A DNA stretch of 64,000 nucleotides, from positions 7,859 through 71,858 of the forward strand of contig JAYSFC010000002.1 in NCBI GenBank assembly GCA_041913505.1, written 5' to 3'. The stretch is from Acidovorax sp. GTDB taxonomy: Bacteria > Pseudomonadota > Gammaproteobacteria > Burkholderiales > Burkholderiaceae_C. The notes under the pieces were generated by a model, which searched no databases, was not told the origin of the DNA, and was given only the letters and a program-made list of their open reading frames with translations. Shown piece by piece: positions 54,092 through 63,966 of the stretch; within the stretch, counting starts at the first letter, position 1, and each line of letters starts with the position of its first letter. Position numbers and translations under genes: made by a program.

Positions 54092-55549
54092 TTACGTTGG
54101 CTTTATGTCGTGGGCCGCGGCCTGCGGCAGGTCGATATCGATGCAGGTGCCGCTTCCGTTCGGCCCCACGCGCACGGCCAGATGGCCGCCCATGCGCTCG
54201 ACCACGCGCTGCGCGATCGACAGGCCCAGGCCCGAACCTTCGGGTTGGCCGTGCTCGCCGCGCCAGAAGGGCAGCAGCATCTGGGTGCGCGTGGAGGCAT
54301 CGAGTGCGGGGCCGTCGTCGCATACACGGATGCGAACGCGGCCGTCCCGGGGGGTCACATCCGCCGTGATGTGCGGGCCGCCGTAGCGCAGTGCGTTGTC
54401 GATGAGGTTGGAAACCACCTCGCCCAGCAGGGTGGGCGAACCGCGCACATCGCACCCACCTTGCGCCAGGGGCTGCGTGGGTGGCTGCAGTGTCTTGCCG
54501 GCGGCCGTGGCGGGCCCTTGCCAGCGTTGCGTGGCCTGCGCGGCCACGGCGGCGGCGTCGAACACCTGGTCCTCGACCACCGTCTCCTCCTCGGCCCGCG
54601 CGTAGGCCAGCAACTGGCGCACCATGCGTGCGCCGCGCGCGGCCACTTCGTCGAGCTGGGCCAGAACCTCGCCGTCCATGGGCTGCTTGGGATCGGCGCG
54701 CTGGATGCGCCGCATGTCGCCCACGAGCAGGCGGATGCCGGCCATGGGGGTCTGCAACTGGTGCGCCGCGTCGGCGATGAAGCGGCGCTGCTCGTCGACC
54801 GAGGCCTTGAGCCGCAGCAGCAGCGCATTGGTGTGCTGCACCAGCTCCCGCAGTTCCTCGGGCACCTCCTCCACGGCCAGCGGCGACAGATCGTTCTCGC
54901 CATGCTGGACCACCAGCGCGCTGATGCGCCGCGTGGGCGCCAGCCCGTGGCGGATGCCGTAGTAGAACAGCGGAATGATCACGAAGCCGGCCAGTCCCGC
55001 GGGCAGGAAGATGGCCAGGGCGATCTCGTTGGAGACCTGCTGGCGCTTGGCCTTGGATTCGGCCACCACCACCCAGACGGACTCGTCGCCCGCGGCGGGC
55101 TGCATGCGCAGCGCCACGGCGCGCAGCATCAGGCCGCCTTCGGCGTAGTGGTTGAAGAACAGCGGCTTGCCGGGGGGCAGGGGCGTATCGGCGAGCGGTG
55201 GAGGCAGCACGAGGTCGCCTACCAGCTTGCGGCCCGTCGCGGTGCGCACCGTGTAATGGCTGCGCGAAAGCGAGTCGAACACGAGCGAGTCGGCCGTCTC
55301 GCGGCTTGCGACGAACCATGCCTCGCCGTTGTGCCAGCGCAGTTGCGCCGCAAGTGCGTGGGCGTCGTCGGCGAGCAGGCGGTCGAAGGACTGGTCCGTG
55401 GTGCGCCCCGCGAACCAGTAGGCTGCGCCCGTGGCCACGACGGCGAAGGCCACCCAGAGCCCCACGAGCGGCATCAGCAACTGGCGCCACAGGCTGGCGC
55501 GCAGCCAGCGCGGAGCGGGCGGGGCACCAGGCTCTGCTGCCGCGCTCAC
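54092..55549 (-). CDS. Sensor histidine kinase (two TM helices, periplasmic loop)
   Basis: Part of ORF 54092..56017(-), from the GTG at 55549, which overlaps the regulator stop (GTGA). It has the H-box FIADAAHQLQTPMAGI, the N-box SNLIDNALRYG, and DDGPAL and GSGLGLSIAQ. Confidence 0.8.
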   Translation of the reverse strand: MSAAAEPGAPPAPRWLRASLWRQLLMPLVGLWVAFAVVATGAAYWFAGRTTDQSFDRLLADDAHALAAQLRWHNGEAWFVASRETADSLVFDSLSRSHYTVRTATGRKLVGDLVLPPPLADTPLPPGKPLFFNHYAEGGLMLRAVALRMQPAAGDESVWVVVAESKAKRQQVSNEIALAIFLPAGLAGFVIIPLFYYGIRHGLAPTRRISALVVQHGENDLSPLAVEEVPEELRELVQHTNALLLRLKASVDEQRRFIADAAHQLQTPMAGIRLLVGDMRRIQRADPKQPMDGEVLAQLDEVAARGARMVRQLLAYARAEEETVVEDQVFDAAAVAAQATQRWQGPATAAGKTLQPPTQPLAQGGCDVRGSPTLLGEVVSNLIDNALRYGGPHITADVTPRDGRVRIRVCDDGPALDASTRTQMLLPFWRGEHGQPEGSGLGLSIAQRVVERMGGHLAVRVGPNGSGTCIDIDLPQAAAHDIKPT

Positions 55550-56211
55550 TGCACCTCCAGCACATAGCCCACGCCGCGCAGGGTGAGGATGTTGACCCCC
55601 GCACCCGCGAGCTTGCGCCGCAGCTTGAGGATGTAGATCTCCACGGCGTTGGCGCTGAAATTCGATTCCCAGCTCGACATGGCCGAGATGATGCGGCTCT
55701 TGGGCACGGCCGTACCCGGCGAGGCCATGAGCAGCTCCACGAGCGCTGCCTCGCGCGGACTCAACTGCAGGCGTTCTTCGCCGCGGCGCAGTTCGCGTGT
55801 GTCGGTGTTGAAACTGAGGGCGCCGGCTACGAGCAGGTTGCTGCTGCTGCCGCGGCGGCGGCGCGCGATGGCGCGCAGCCGCGCCACGAGCTCCTCGGGC
55901 TCGAAGGGTTTGGCGAGATAGTCGTCGGCTCCCTCGTTGAGCCCGCGCAGCCGGTTCTGGAGGCCGTCGCTGGCGGTCAGGATGATGACGGCCAGGTCCT
56001 TGCCCTGGGCGCGCCACTGGCGCAGCACCTCAAGGCCGGCGCGGCGCGGCAGCCCCAGGTCGAGCACGGCCGCGTCGTAGTGCTCGGTGGCCGTGGCCGT
56101 GAGCGCGAATTCGCCGTCGGTGACGGCATCGACCTGCCAGCCCTCGGCCTGCAGCATGCGGCTGAGCCCCAGGCGCAGGGCGGGATCATCCTCAACGACG
56201 AGCACACGCAT
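55546..56211 (-). CDS. OmpR-family response regulator
   Basis: 221-aa ORF starting [15 protein letters not shown], with [14 protein letters not shown] and a winged-helix tail (LRGVGYVLE). Confidence 0.9.
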   Translation of the reverse strand: MRVLVVEDDPALRLGLSRMLQAEGWQVDAVTDGEFALTATATEHYDAAVLDLGLPRRAGLEVLRQWRAQGKDLAVIILTASDGLQNRLRGLNEGADDYLAKPFEPEELVARLRAIARRRRGSSSNLLVAGALSFNTDTRELRRGEERLQLSPREAALVELLMASPGTAVPKSRIISAMSSWESNFSANAVEIYILKLRRKLAGAGVNILTLRGVGYVLEVQ

Positions 56212-56390
56212 CGGCGGGGGTTCTTTTCAGGGTGGTAGGGGCTTGGGGCGGCCATTCGCAAGGGGCGAGAGGGTACGACATAATGGGGCGGTTTGTCCAT
56301 GGCGGTGCTCATGAGGTTTCCGCTGCGGCGCGCGCCGGCCCCCACGCGCACGGGCCCGATTTCTTCGAGACATTCTTTCCCGCAAACACG

Positions 56391-58250
56391 ATGCCCGCAT
56401 ACCGTTCCAAAACCTCCACCGCTGGCCGCAATATGGCAGGGGCCCGCTCCCTGTGGCGCGCCACCGGCATGAAAGACGCCGACTTCTCCAAGCCCATCAT
56501 CGCGGTGGTCAACTCGTTCACCCAGTTCGTGCCGGGCCACGTGCACCTGAAGGACCTGGGCCAGCTCGTTGCGCGCGAGATCGAGGCTGCCGGCGGCGTG
56601 GCCAAGGAGTTCAACACCATCGCTGTGGACGACGGCATCGCCATGGGCCACGACGGCATGCTCTACTCGCTGCCCAGCCGCGACATCATTGCCGACAGCG
56701 TGGAATACATGGTGAACGCGCACTGCGCCGACGCCATGGTCTGCATCAGCAACTGCGACAAGATCACCCCCGGCATGCTCATGGCCGCCATGCGGCTGAA
56801 CATTCCGGTGATCTTCGTCTCCGGCGGCCCCATGGAGGCTGGCAAGGTGCAGCAGGCCGTGCCCGGCACCAGCACCATCCAGATCAAGAAGCTGGACCTG
56901 ATCGATGCCATGGTGATGGCCGCCGACGACAAGGTGAGCGACGCCGATCTGGCCGAGGCCGAGCGCAACGCCTGCCCCACCTGCGGCTCCTGCTCGGGCA
57001 TGTTCACCGCCAACTCCATGAACTGCCTGACCGAGGCGCTGGGCCTGTCCCTGCCCGGCAACGGCACCGTGGTGGCCACGCACGCCGATCGCGAGCAGCT
57101 GTTCAAGCGCGCGGGCCGGCGCATCGTGGAGCTGGCGCGCCAGCACTATGAGCAGGACGATGAGCGCATCCTGCCGCGCTCGGTGGGCTTCAAGGCGTTC
57201 GAGAACGCGATGACGCTGGACATCGCCATGGGCGGCTCCACCAACACCATCCTGCACCTGCTGGCGATCGCGCAGGAGGCCGGCATCGACTTCAGCATGG
57301 CCGACATCGACCGCCTCTCGCGCAGCGTGCCGCAGCTGTGCAAGGTGGCGCCCAACACCAACAAGTACCACATCGAGGACGTGCACCGCGCCGGCGGCAT
57401 CATGGCCATCCTGGGCGAGCTGGAGCGCGCGGGCAAGCTGCACACCGACGTGCCCACCGTGCATGCACCCACGCTGGGCGAGGCGCTGGCGCAGTGGGAC
57501 GTGACGCGTACGCAGGACGAAGCTGTTCACACCTTCTACAAGGCCGGCCCGGGCGGCGTGCCTACGCAGGTGGCTTTCAGCCAGAACGCACGCTGGCCCA
57601 GCCTGGACCTGGACCGTGCCGAGGGCTGCATCCGCTCCTACGACCACGCCTTCAGCAAGGAAGGCGGCCTGGCCGTGCTCACCGGCAACATCGCCAAGGA
57701 TGGCTGCGTGGTCAAGACCGCGGGCGTGGACGACTCCATCCTCGTCTTTGAAGGCCCCGCGCATGTCGTCGAAAGCCAGGACGAGGCCGTGGAGAACATC
57801 CTGGCCGACAAGGTCAAGGCGGGTGATGTGGTGGTGGTGCGCTACGAGGGCCCCAAGGGCGGCCCCGGCATGCAGGAGATGCTCTACCCCACGAGCTACA
57901 TCAAGTCCAAGGGCCTGGGCAAGGCCTGCGCGCTGCTGACCGATGGCCGCTTCTCGGGCGGCACCTCGGGCCTGTCCATCGGCCACTGCTCGCCCGAGGC
58001 GGCAGCGGGTGGCGCGATCGGCCTGGTACGCGACGGTGACCGCATCCGCATCGACATCCCCAACCGCACCATCAACGTGCTGGTGAGCGACGAGGAACTG
58101 GCAAAGCGCCGCGCCGAGCAGGATGCCAAGGGCTGGAAGCCCGCCAAGCCGCGTCCGCGCAAGGTGTCTGCCGCGCTCAAGGCCTACGCCAAGCTGGTGA
58201 TGTCGGCCGACAAGGGCGCCGTGCGCGATCTGTCGCTGCTCGACGACTGA
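56391..58250 (+). CDS. ilvD: Dihydroxy-acid dehydratase
   Basis: In-frame part of ORF 56232..58250(+), starting at [26 protein letters not shown] (ATG at 56391). It contains [29 protein letters not shown] and [18 protein letters not shown]. Confidence 0.95.
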   Translation: MPAYRSKTSTAGRNMAGARSLWRATGMKDADFSKPIIAVVNSFTQFVPGHVHLKDLGQLVAREIEAAGGVAKEFNTIAVDDGIAMGHDGMLYSLPSRDIIADSVEYMVNAHCADAMVCISNCDKITPGMLMAAMRLNIPVIFVSGGPMEAGKVQQAVPGTSTIQIKKLDLIDAMVMAADDKVSDADLAEAERNACPTCGSCSGMFTANSMNCLTEALGLSLPGNGTVVATHADREQLFKRAGRRIVELARQHYEQDDERILPRSVGFKAFENAMTLDIAMGGSTNTILHLLAIAQEAGIDFSMADIDRLSRSVPQLCKVAPNTNKYHIEDVHRAGGIMAILGELERAGKLHTDVPTVHAPTLGEALAQWDVTRTQDEAVHTFYKAGPGGVPTQVAFSQNARWPSLDLDRAEGCIRSYDHAFSKEGGLAVLTGNIAKDGCVVKTAGVDDSILVFEGPAHVVESQDEAVENILADKVKAGDVVVVRYEGPKGGPGMQEMLYPTSYIKSKGLGKACALLTDGRFSGGTSGLSIGHCSPEAAAGGAIGLVRDGDRIRIDIPNRTINVLVSDEELAKRRAEQDAKGWKPAKPRPRKVSAALKAYAKLVMSADKGAVRDLSLLDD

Positions 58251-58275
58251 CGCTGCGGCGCCTGTTCAGCAAAAA

Positions 58276-58306
58276 GGCCGCGCCCTCCGGGGCGCGGCCT
58301 TTTTTT
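58276..58306 (+). terminator. Strong rho-independent terminator after ilvD
   Basis: GGCCGCGCCC-TCCG-GGGCGCGGCC (a 10-bp stem) is followed by TTTTTTT. An AAAAA run precedes the stem. Confidence 0.85.
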
Positions 58307-58318
58307 GTTTGCTTTGTT

Positions 58319-58362
58319 TCTGATAGCGAACGGCGTAGATCCTGCAAGCGCATGCGGCCGAT
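58319..58362 (-). repeat. REP-like intergenic element, copy 5 (partial; CGCTTGCAGG...CGCTATCAG module only)
   Basis: The plus strand reads CTGATAGCGAACGGCGTAGATCCTGCAAGCGCATGCGGCCGATT. Compare the plus strand of 15669-15712, CTTATAGCGCTTGCCCTGCAAGCGTGGGCAGCTATGAAAT. Confidence 0.3.
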
Positions 58363-58842
58363 TTAAACCGAACTACCCGCCGTCTGCGATTGCAGGTAGT
58401 TCTGCAGCCCCACCTTGTCGATCAGACCGATCTGCTGCTCGAGCCAGTAGGCGTGGTCTTCCTCGGTGTCGCGCAGCTGGGCCAGCAGGATGTCGCGGCT
58501 CACATAGTCGCGTGCGCCTTCGCACAGCGCAATGCCGGCCTGCAGCGCGGCGCGCACTTCGTACTCGGTGGCCAGGTCCTTGCGCAGCATCTCGGGCACC
58601 GTGGCGCCGGGTGTGAACTCACGGGGGCGCATGTCGGGCTGGCCGCCAAGCAGCAGGATGCGGCGCAGCAGCGCGTCGGCGTGCTGGGTTTCCTCCTGCA
58701 TCTCGTGGTTCAAGCGTTCGTACAGGCGCGTGAAGCCCTGGTCCTCATAGAGCCGCGAATGGATGAAGTACTGGTCGCGTGCGGCCAGCTCGCCGCGCAG
58801 AAGGTCCTTGAGGCAGTCGACGACCTGGGGGTGGCCTAGCAT
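58363..58842 (-). CDS. bfr: Bacterioferritin-family protein, with Thr at the position of the heme-ligand Met52
   Basis: The 159-aa ORF aligns without gaps to the E. coli Bfr N-terminus. E18, E51 and H54 are conserved (GELAA..., [11 protein letters not shown]), but residue 52 is Thr. Confidence 0.85.
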   Translation of the reverse strand: MLGHPQVVDCLKDLLRGELAARDQYFIHSRLYEDQGFTRLYERLNHEMQEETQHADALLRRILLLGGQPDMRPREFTPGATVPEMLRKDLATEYEVRAALQAGIALCEGARDYVSRDILLAQLRDTEEDHAYWLEQQIGLIDKVGLQNYLQSQTAGSSV

Positions 58843-58941
58843 GGTGGTTTCCTTGTTCTCCGAATGCCCGGAGTATCCCGCGAAAGGGGTTGCGGCGCAT
58901 GCACCTAGCCGTCACGACCTGCAGGCACAATACCGCCCACC

Positions 58942-59766
58942 ATGCTGATGTACCCGCAAATCGATCCGGTCGCCCTGCAACTGGGGCCTGTTGCCATCCA
59001 CTGGTACGGGTTGACCTATCTCGCCGCCTTTGGCCTGTTTATGTTGCTGGGGCGGCTGCGGCTGCGCCACGAGCCTTTTGCCTCGATCACCGGACGCGGG
59101 GCCTGGTTGCCGCGCGATGTAGAGGACATCCTGTTCCTCGGTGTGGTGGGCGTGATCGTGGGCGGCCGCCTGGGCTACTGCCTGTTCTATAAGCCGGGCC
59201 ACTACCTCACGCACCCGCTCGAGATCTTCGCGGTGTGGCAGGGGGGCATGAGCTTTCACGGCGGCCTCATCGGCGTGATCGTCGCCATGGTCTGGTTTGC
59301 GCGCACACGCCAGCGGCCCTGGCTGCAGGTGGCCGATTTCGTGGCGCCCTGCGTGCCCACGGGCCTGGCGGCGGGGCGCGTGGGCAACTTCATCAATGGC
59401 GAGCTCTGGGGGCGCTTCGCAAGCCCCGACCTGCCCTGGGGCATGGTGTTCCCGCAAAGCGGCTCCATGCTGCCGCGCCACCCGTCCCAGGTGTACCAGT
59501 TTCTGCTTGAAGGGCTGCTGCTGTTCGTGCTGCTGTGGCTCTACGCGCGGCGCGGTCGCCGCCAGGGCGAAGTGGCGGCGGCCTTCCTCGTGGGCTATGG
59601 CGTGCTGCGCTTCACGGCGGAGTACTTTCGCGAGCCGGACGCCTTCCTGGGTCTGCTTTCCCTGGGCATGAGCATGGGGCAGTGGCTGTGCGTGCCTATG
59701 GTGCTGGGCGGCGTGGCGTTGTGGGTGTGGGCGCGGCGCCAGCCGCAGGTTGCACTTCAAAAATAG
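58942..59766 (+). CDS. lgt: Prolipoprotein diacylglyceryl transferase
   Basis: 274-aa ORF with [46 protein letters not shown] and [12 protein letters not shown]. Confidence 0.95.
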   Translation: MLMYPQIDPVALQLGPVAIHWYGLTYLAAFGLFMLLGRLRLRHEPFASITGRGAWLPRDVEDILFLGVVGVIVGGRLGYCLFYKPGHYLTHPLEIFAVWQGGMSFHGGLIGVIVAMVWFARTRQRPWLQVADFVAPCVPTGLAAGRVGNFINGELWGRFASPDLPWGMVFPQSGSMLPRHPSQVYQFLLEGLLLFVLLWLYARRGRRQGEVAAAFLVGYGVLRFTAEYFREPDAFLGLLSLGMSMGQWLCVPMVLGGVALWVWARRQPQVALQK

Positions 59767-59822
59767 AGAAAACCGCTGCAGGTGCTTGTCTGCAGGTCGC
59801 TTGCAGCTATTGATTCAGTAGC
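59767..59822 (-). repeat. REP-like intergenic element, copy 4
   Basis: The minus strand reads GCTACTGAATCAATAGCTGCAAGCGACCTGCAGACAAGCACCTGCAGCGGTTTTCT. It begins right after the lgt stop codon. Confidence 0.45.
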
Positions 59823-59828
59823 AGACCA

Positions 59829-59864
59829 GGGGTGCATCGGGTGACCGGCGCACCCCTTTGTGTT
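59829..59864 (+). terminator. Candidate terminator after lgt
   Basis: GGGGTGC...GCACCCC encloses the inner stem CGG-GTGA-CCG and is followed by TTTGTGTT. Confidence 0.45.
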
Positions 59865-60004
59865 GCATGCGCGCCGCAAAGCGGATGGCGCGGGGGCGAA
59901 AGCTGGCAAACGCGGGGCTTTCTTTTCATAATTACCAGAAATTACAGACGATGCCGTGACATTGGCTGTGTTTGTGGAAATTTCGAGGGAAGATAAAAAC
60001 CGAT

Positions 60005-60027
60005 GCCGCGTGCTCTGTGCACGCGGC
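60005..60027. promoter_or_regulatory. Perfect 9-bp inverted repeat upstream of the GntR/malonyl-CoA decarboxylase operon (operator or RNA hairpin)
   Basis: GCCGCGTGC-TCTGT-GCACGCGGC, ending 35 nt before the GntR ATG (60063). Confidence 0.3.
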
Positions 60028-60062
60028 GGCCCCTGCAAACGCTCTGATCACCCCAACGCTCC

Positions 60063-60731
60063 ATGCGCCCCGTAGCCCATTCCCTGCACGACGAAGCCGC
60101 CGCCCGGCTGCGGGCGCAGATTTTCGAGGGTGTGCTGCCCCCCGGCAGTTTCGTGGACGAGGCAGCGCTGTGCGAGCGGCTCGCGATCTCCCGGACACCG
60201 CTGCGCGAAGCGCTCAAGGTGCTGGTGGCCGAAGGGCTGCTGCGCCATGAACCGCGCAGGGGCTGCTTTGTGACCGAGGTCACCGAGCGCGACCTTGACG
60301 AGATCTTTCCCGTGATCGCGCTGCTGGAAGGGCGCGCCGCCCATGAAGCCACCAGCCGCGCGGCCCCGGCTGACATCGCGGCGCTGGAGGTGCTGCACGA
60401 GCGCCTGGCCCGCCATGCCGCCGATGGCGCCATCGCCGCGTACTACGAGGCCAACCGCGCCATCCATGAAGCCTTCATCACGCTGGCCGACAACCGCTGG
60501 CTCGCCCAGACGATCGGCGACCTGCGCAAGATCCTGATGCTCGCGCGCCTGCAGCAGCTGCACGCGCCGGGCCGGCTGCAGCACAGCCTGGCCGAGCACC
60601 TTTGCGTGTTCGCGGCGCTCAAGCGCCGCGATGCCGATGCGGCCGAGGCCGCGATGCGAGACCACCTCCTGCGCCAGCGCGATGCGCTGCGCAACATTGC
60701 CCGCAACCACCAGTCCAGGATCGCACCATGA
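60063..60731 (+). CDS. GntR-family transcriptional regulator (FadR/FCD subfamily)
   Basis: 222-aa ORF with the winged HTH ALCERLAISRTPLREALKVLVAEGLL and an all-helical FCD-like C-terminal domain. Confidence 0.85.
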   Translation: MRPVAHSLHDEAAARLRAQIFEGVLPPGSFVDEAALCERLAISRTPLREALKVLVAEGLLRHEPRRGCFVTEVTERDLDEIFPVIALLEGRAAHEATSRAAPADIAALEVLHERLARHAADGAIAAYYEANRAIHEAFITLADNRWLAQTIGDLRKILMLARLQQLHAPGRLQHSLAEHLCVFAALKRRDADAAEAAMRDHLLRQRDALRNIARNHQSRIAP

Positions 60732-62185
60732 ATACCGCCTCCACCTGGATCTCGCGCAGCGTCTCGCGGCTGCGCGCATCCTCCCAAGATCCCAAGGCCG
60801 CTCCCGAGGCCGTCGCCAAGCCCGAGGCCCCGCGCACCACGCACGAGCGGCTGCAGGCCACGCTGCGCCGGGGGGGCGAGACGCTGTCGCCGCGCGTGCT
60901 GCGCCGCCTGCTGGCCGACCTGCAGGCCGTGGCAGCGCCGCAGGTCAGCGAGATCGAAGGCGGGCGCCACGCGCAGGCCGTGATCGACTGGTATGCCAAG
61001 GCCGGGCTGGAGGAGCGGCGCGACCTTTGGCTGCTGATGTGCGAGCAGTTCACGCCCGACGCCTCGCGCATCCGCACGGCGCGCCAGCGCTACGAGGCTG
61101 CGGCCGGAACGGCCGATGAGGGGCAGGCCGAGATCGGGCTGCGCCGCGCGCTGGTGTCGCCGCGCACCCGGCTGCTGCAGCGCTTTGCCGTGCCCGAGAG
61201 CGGCATGCGCTTTCTCGTGGACCTGCGCGCCGAACTGCTGCCGCTGCTCAAGAGCGACAAGCGCCTGCTCGCGCTCGACGCTGAGCTCGAGCACCTGTTT
61301 TCCACCTGGTTCGACATGGCCTTCCTCGAGTTGCGCCGCCTGTCGTGGGACTCTCCGGCGTCGTTGATCGAGAAGCTCATCAAGTACGAGGCCGTGCACG
61401 ACATCCGCAGCTGGGCCGATCTCAAGAACCGCCTGGACAGCGACCGCCGCTGCTACGGCTTCTTCCACCCCAGCCTGCCCAATGAACCGCTGATCTTCGT
61501 GGAGGTGGCGCTCGTGGACCGCATCTCCGAGAGCATCACGCCGCTGCTCGACGAGTCCGCTGCACCGGCCGACCTCGCCAAGGCCACCACGGCGATCTTC
61601 TACTCGATCAGCAACACGCAGACGGGCCTGCGCGGCGTGAGCTTCGGCAACTCGCTCATCAAGCATGTGGTGGAGACACTGAAGGCCGAATTTCCACGCC
61701 TGCGCACCTTCGCCACGCTGTCGCCCATTCCGGGCTTCCGCGCCTGGCTGACCAAGCACGCGGGTTCGGTGATCGACAGGCTCGGCGACAAGCCGCGTGC
61801 CGAGCTGGGCCGCGCCCTGGGTGTGGAGCCGCAGAGCGCCAAGGACATGGCGGTCCACCTGATCGGTGCAGCCGAAAAGGCGCTGGAACTCGATGCCAAG
61901 TCGCCCGTGCGCCAGGCGCTGCTGCAGTGCGCGGCCTACTACCTCGGGCGCGAACTGCAGGACGGCAAGCCCGTGGACGCCGTGGCGCGCTTCCATCTCG
62001 GCAACGGCGCGCGCGTGGAGCGGCTGAACTGGGCGGGCGACCCGTCGCACAAGGGCATGAAGCAGTCTTTTGGCCTGATGGTCAATTACCTCTACGATCT
62101 CAAGCGCATCGACAAGCACCGCACCCAGCTCGCGCAGGGCCAGGTGCCGATGTCGGGCGAAATCGAGGGCCTTTGCCCCGATTGA
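60728..62185 (+). CDS. Malonyl-CoA decarboxylase
   Basis: In-frame part of ORF 60602..62185(+), starting at MNTASTWISRS (ATG at 60728), which overlaps the GntR stop (ATGA). It contains FYSISNTQTGLRGVSFGNSLIK, LSPIPGFRAWL and ARFHLGNGARVERLNW. Confidence 0.85.
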   Translation: MNTASTWISRSVSRLRASSQDPKAAPEAVAKPEAPRTTHERLQATLRRGGETLSPRVLRRLLADLQAVAAPQVSEIEGGRHAQAVIDWYAKAGLEERRDLWLLMCEQFTPDASRIRTARQRYEAAAGTADEGQAEIGLRRALVSPRTRLLQRFAVPESGMRFLVDLRAELLPLLKSDKRLLALDAELEHLFSTWFDMAFLELRRLSWDSPASLIEKLIKYEAVHDIRSWADLKNRLDSDRRCYGFFHPSLPNEPLIFVEVALVDRISESITPLLDESAAPADLAKATTAIFYSISNTQTGLRGVSFGNSLIKHVVETLKAEFPRLRTFATLSPIPGFRAWLTKHAGSVIDRLGDKPRAELGRALGVEPQSAKDMAVHLIGAAEKALELDAKSPVRQALLQCAAYYLGRELQDGKPVDAVARFHLGNGARVERLNWAGDPSHKGMKQSFGLMVNYLYDLKRIDKHRTQLAQGQVPMSGEIEGLCPD

Positions 62186-62262
62186 GGTGGAGATAAGCGG
62201 CCGCGTGCCGCAGCGACAGGTTTTCTTCTTTTCATGATTTCAACAACGACAGGAGACAAGGA

Positions 62263-63255
62263 ATGCAAGAAACATTGACCCGCCGGCGGGCCCTGCTGCA
62301 GGGTGCCGCGGCGACGGGGCTGGCCCTGGCGGCCCCATGGAGCCGCGCGGAGAGCGCATGGCCCGCCAAGCCCGTGAACCTGGTGGTTCCCTTTCCTGCG
62401 GGCGGTGGCACCGACACGTTTGCGCGCCCGTTCGCGGCGCAGTTCGCCAAGACCACCGGCAGGACGCTGGTGATCGACAACCGGGGCGGCGCGGGCGGCA
62501 CCGTGGGTGCGAGTTTCGCCGCAAAGGCCCACCCGGACGGCTACACCTTCTTCATGGGCGGCACGCACCATGTGATCGCGCCATCCATGTACCCCAAGCT
62601 CGACTACGACATCGAGAAGGACCTCATTCCCCTGGCGCTGCTCGCCAGCGTTCCGCAGGTGCTGGTGGTGAACCCGCGCAACCTGCCGGTCAAGGATTTT
62701 CGCGAGTTTCTGGACCTGGTGCGCGCGAACCCCGCCAAGTACAACTACGGCTCGGCGGGCTCGGGTAGCTCGCACCACCTGGCGGGGGAGCTGTTCAAGA
62801 TGCAGTCCAAGACCTTCATTACCCACATTCCGTACCGGGGCGCGGGCCCGGCATTGGCGGATTTGGTGGGCGGCCAAGTGGATATGGTGTTTGACGGCCT
62901 GGGCTCCTCCGCGGGGCATATCCGCGGCGGGCGCATCAAGGCGCTGATGGTGGCGGGAGCCAAGCGCAACCCTGCCTTCCCCGACGTGCCCTGCGCCGCC
63001 GAGGTGGGCCTGCCGGACTACACCGTCACCACCTGGTATGGCCTGTGGGCGCCCAAGGGAACGCCTGCTGATGTGCAGGCACGGATGGTGGAGGAGGTGC
63101 GCAAGATCGGCGCGGCGGACGAGGTCAAGACCGTGTGGGCCAACAACGGCGCCGAGTACGGCACGCTGAGCCAGCAGGACTACGCCAGGTTCGTGGGTGC
63201 TGAGGTCAAGCGCTGGGCGCAGGTGGTGAAGGCGTCGGGGGCGAAGCTGGAGTAG
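62263..63255 (+). CDS. Bug-family (TctC-like) tripartite tricarboxylate transporter substrate-binding protein
   Basis: 330-aa ORF behind AGGAGA with a Tat-type signal (TRRRALLQGAAATGLALAAP). It contains VVPFPAGGGTD, DNRGGAGGT and YGSAGSGSSHHL. Confidence 0.9.
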   Translation: MQETLTRRRALLQGAAATGLALAAPWSRAESAWPAKPVNLVVPFPAGGGTDTFARPFAAQFAKTTGRTLVIDNRGGAGGTVGASFAAKAHPDGYTFFMGGTHHVIAPSMYPKLDYDIEKDLIPLALLASVPQVLVVNPRNLPVKDFREFLDLVRANPAKYNYGSAGSGSSHHLAGELFKMQSKTFITHIPYRGAGPALADLVGGQVDMVFDGLGSSAGHIRGGRIKALMVAGAKRNPAFPDVPCAAEVGLPDYTVTTWYGLWAPKGTPADVQARMVEEVRKIGAADEVKTVWANNGAEYGTLSQQDYARFVGAEVKRWAQVVKASGAKLE

Positions 63256-63268
63256 TCTGGCCTGCGCA

Positions 63269-63946
63269 TCAGGCGGTGGGCATGGTCAGCACTATGTCCG
63301 CCAGCGCGCGGCCGCCCGCGTTGATGTGGTCGCGCATGGCCTCTGCCGCCGCTTCGGCCTGACCGGCGCAGATGGCTTGCACCACCGCTGCGTGTTCAGC
63401 CTGCGAGCGCAGCAGCCGCCCCGGTTTTTCAAACAGATGTCCTCGGTAGGGCGCGATGCGCTGGCGCACCAGTCGCGTCTGCTCCACGATGAAGGCATTG
63501 CTGCTGGCCTCATATATCAATTCATGCAGGCGCATGTTGGCGTCGCTGTAGCCTTGGGCGTCGCCCGCTTCGGCGCAGGCGTTTGTGGCGGCCAGCGCCT
63601 CTCGCAGGGTGGCTTGCAAGGCCGCGTTGATGCGGACTGCCGCGAGCCGCGCGAGCACGCCTTCCAGTTCGGCCAGTCCTTCCATCATTGCCACGATTTC
63701 CCGGGTGCTTAGTTGCCGCACGTAGATGCCCGCGCGGGGCCGGATTTCTACCAGTCCCTTGGCAACCAGCACCAGCAGCGCCTCGCGCACGGGGGTGCGC
63801 GAGGCATGGAAACGCTCTGCCAGCATGCGCTCGTCGATCGCCATGCCGGGCGTGAGCCGGCCTGCACGCATGTCTTCCTCCAGTGCCGCCCGGACGCGAT
63901 CTGGCAGGCTAGGGGTTTTCTCGGATGGCTCGGGGTGCCGGGTCAT
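63269..63946 (-). CDS. GntR-family transcriptional regulator (FadR/FCD subfamily)
   Basis: 225-aa ORF with MLAERFHASRTPVREALLVLVAKGLV and a helical effector domain. Confidence 0.85.
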   Translation of the reverse strand: MTRHPEPSEKTPSLPDRVRAALEEDMRAGRLTPGMAIDERMLAERFHASRTPVREALLVLVAKGLVEIRPRAGIYVRQLSTREIVAMMEGLAELEGVLARLAAVRINAALQATLREALAATNACAEAGDAQGYSDANMRLHELIYEASSNAFIVEQTRLVRQRIAPYRGHLFEKPGRLLRSQAEHAAVVQAICAGQAEAAAEAMRDHINAGGRALADIVLTMPTA

Positions 63947-63952
63947 TTTCTA

Positions 63953-63966
63953 ATAGATATATCTAT
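63953..63966. promoter_or_regulatory. Perfect 14-bp AT palindrome immediately upstream of the GntR gene; candidate operator
   Basis: ATAGATATATCTAT is its own reverse complement. It lies 7 nt upstream of the GntR ATG (63946) in an AT-rich patch at the window edge. Confidence 0.3.
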
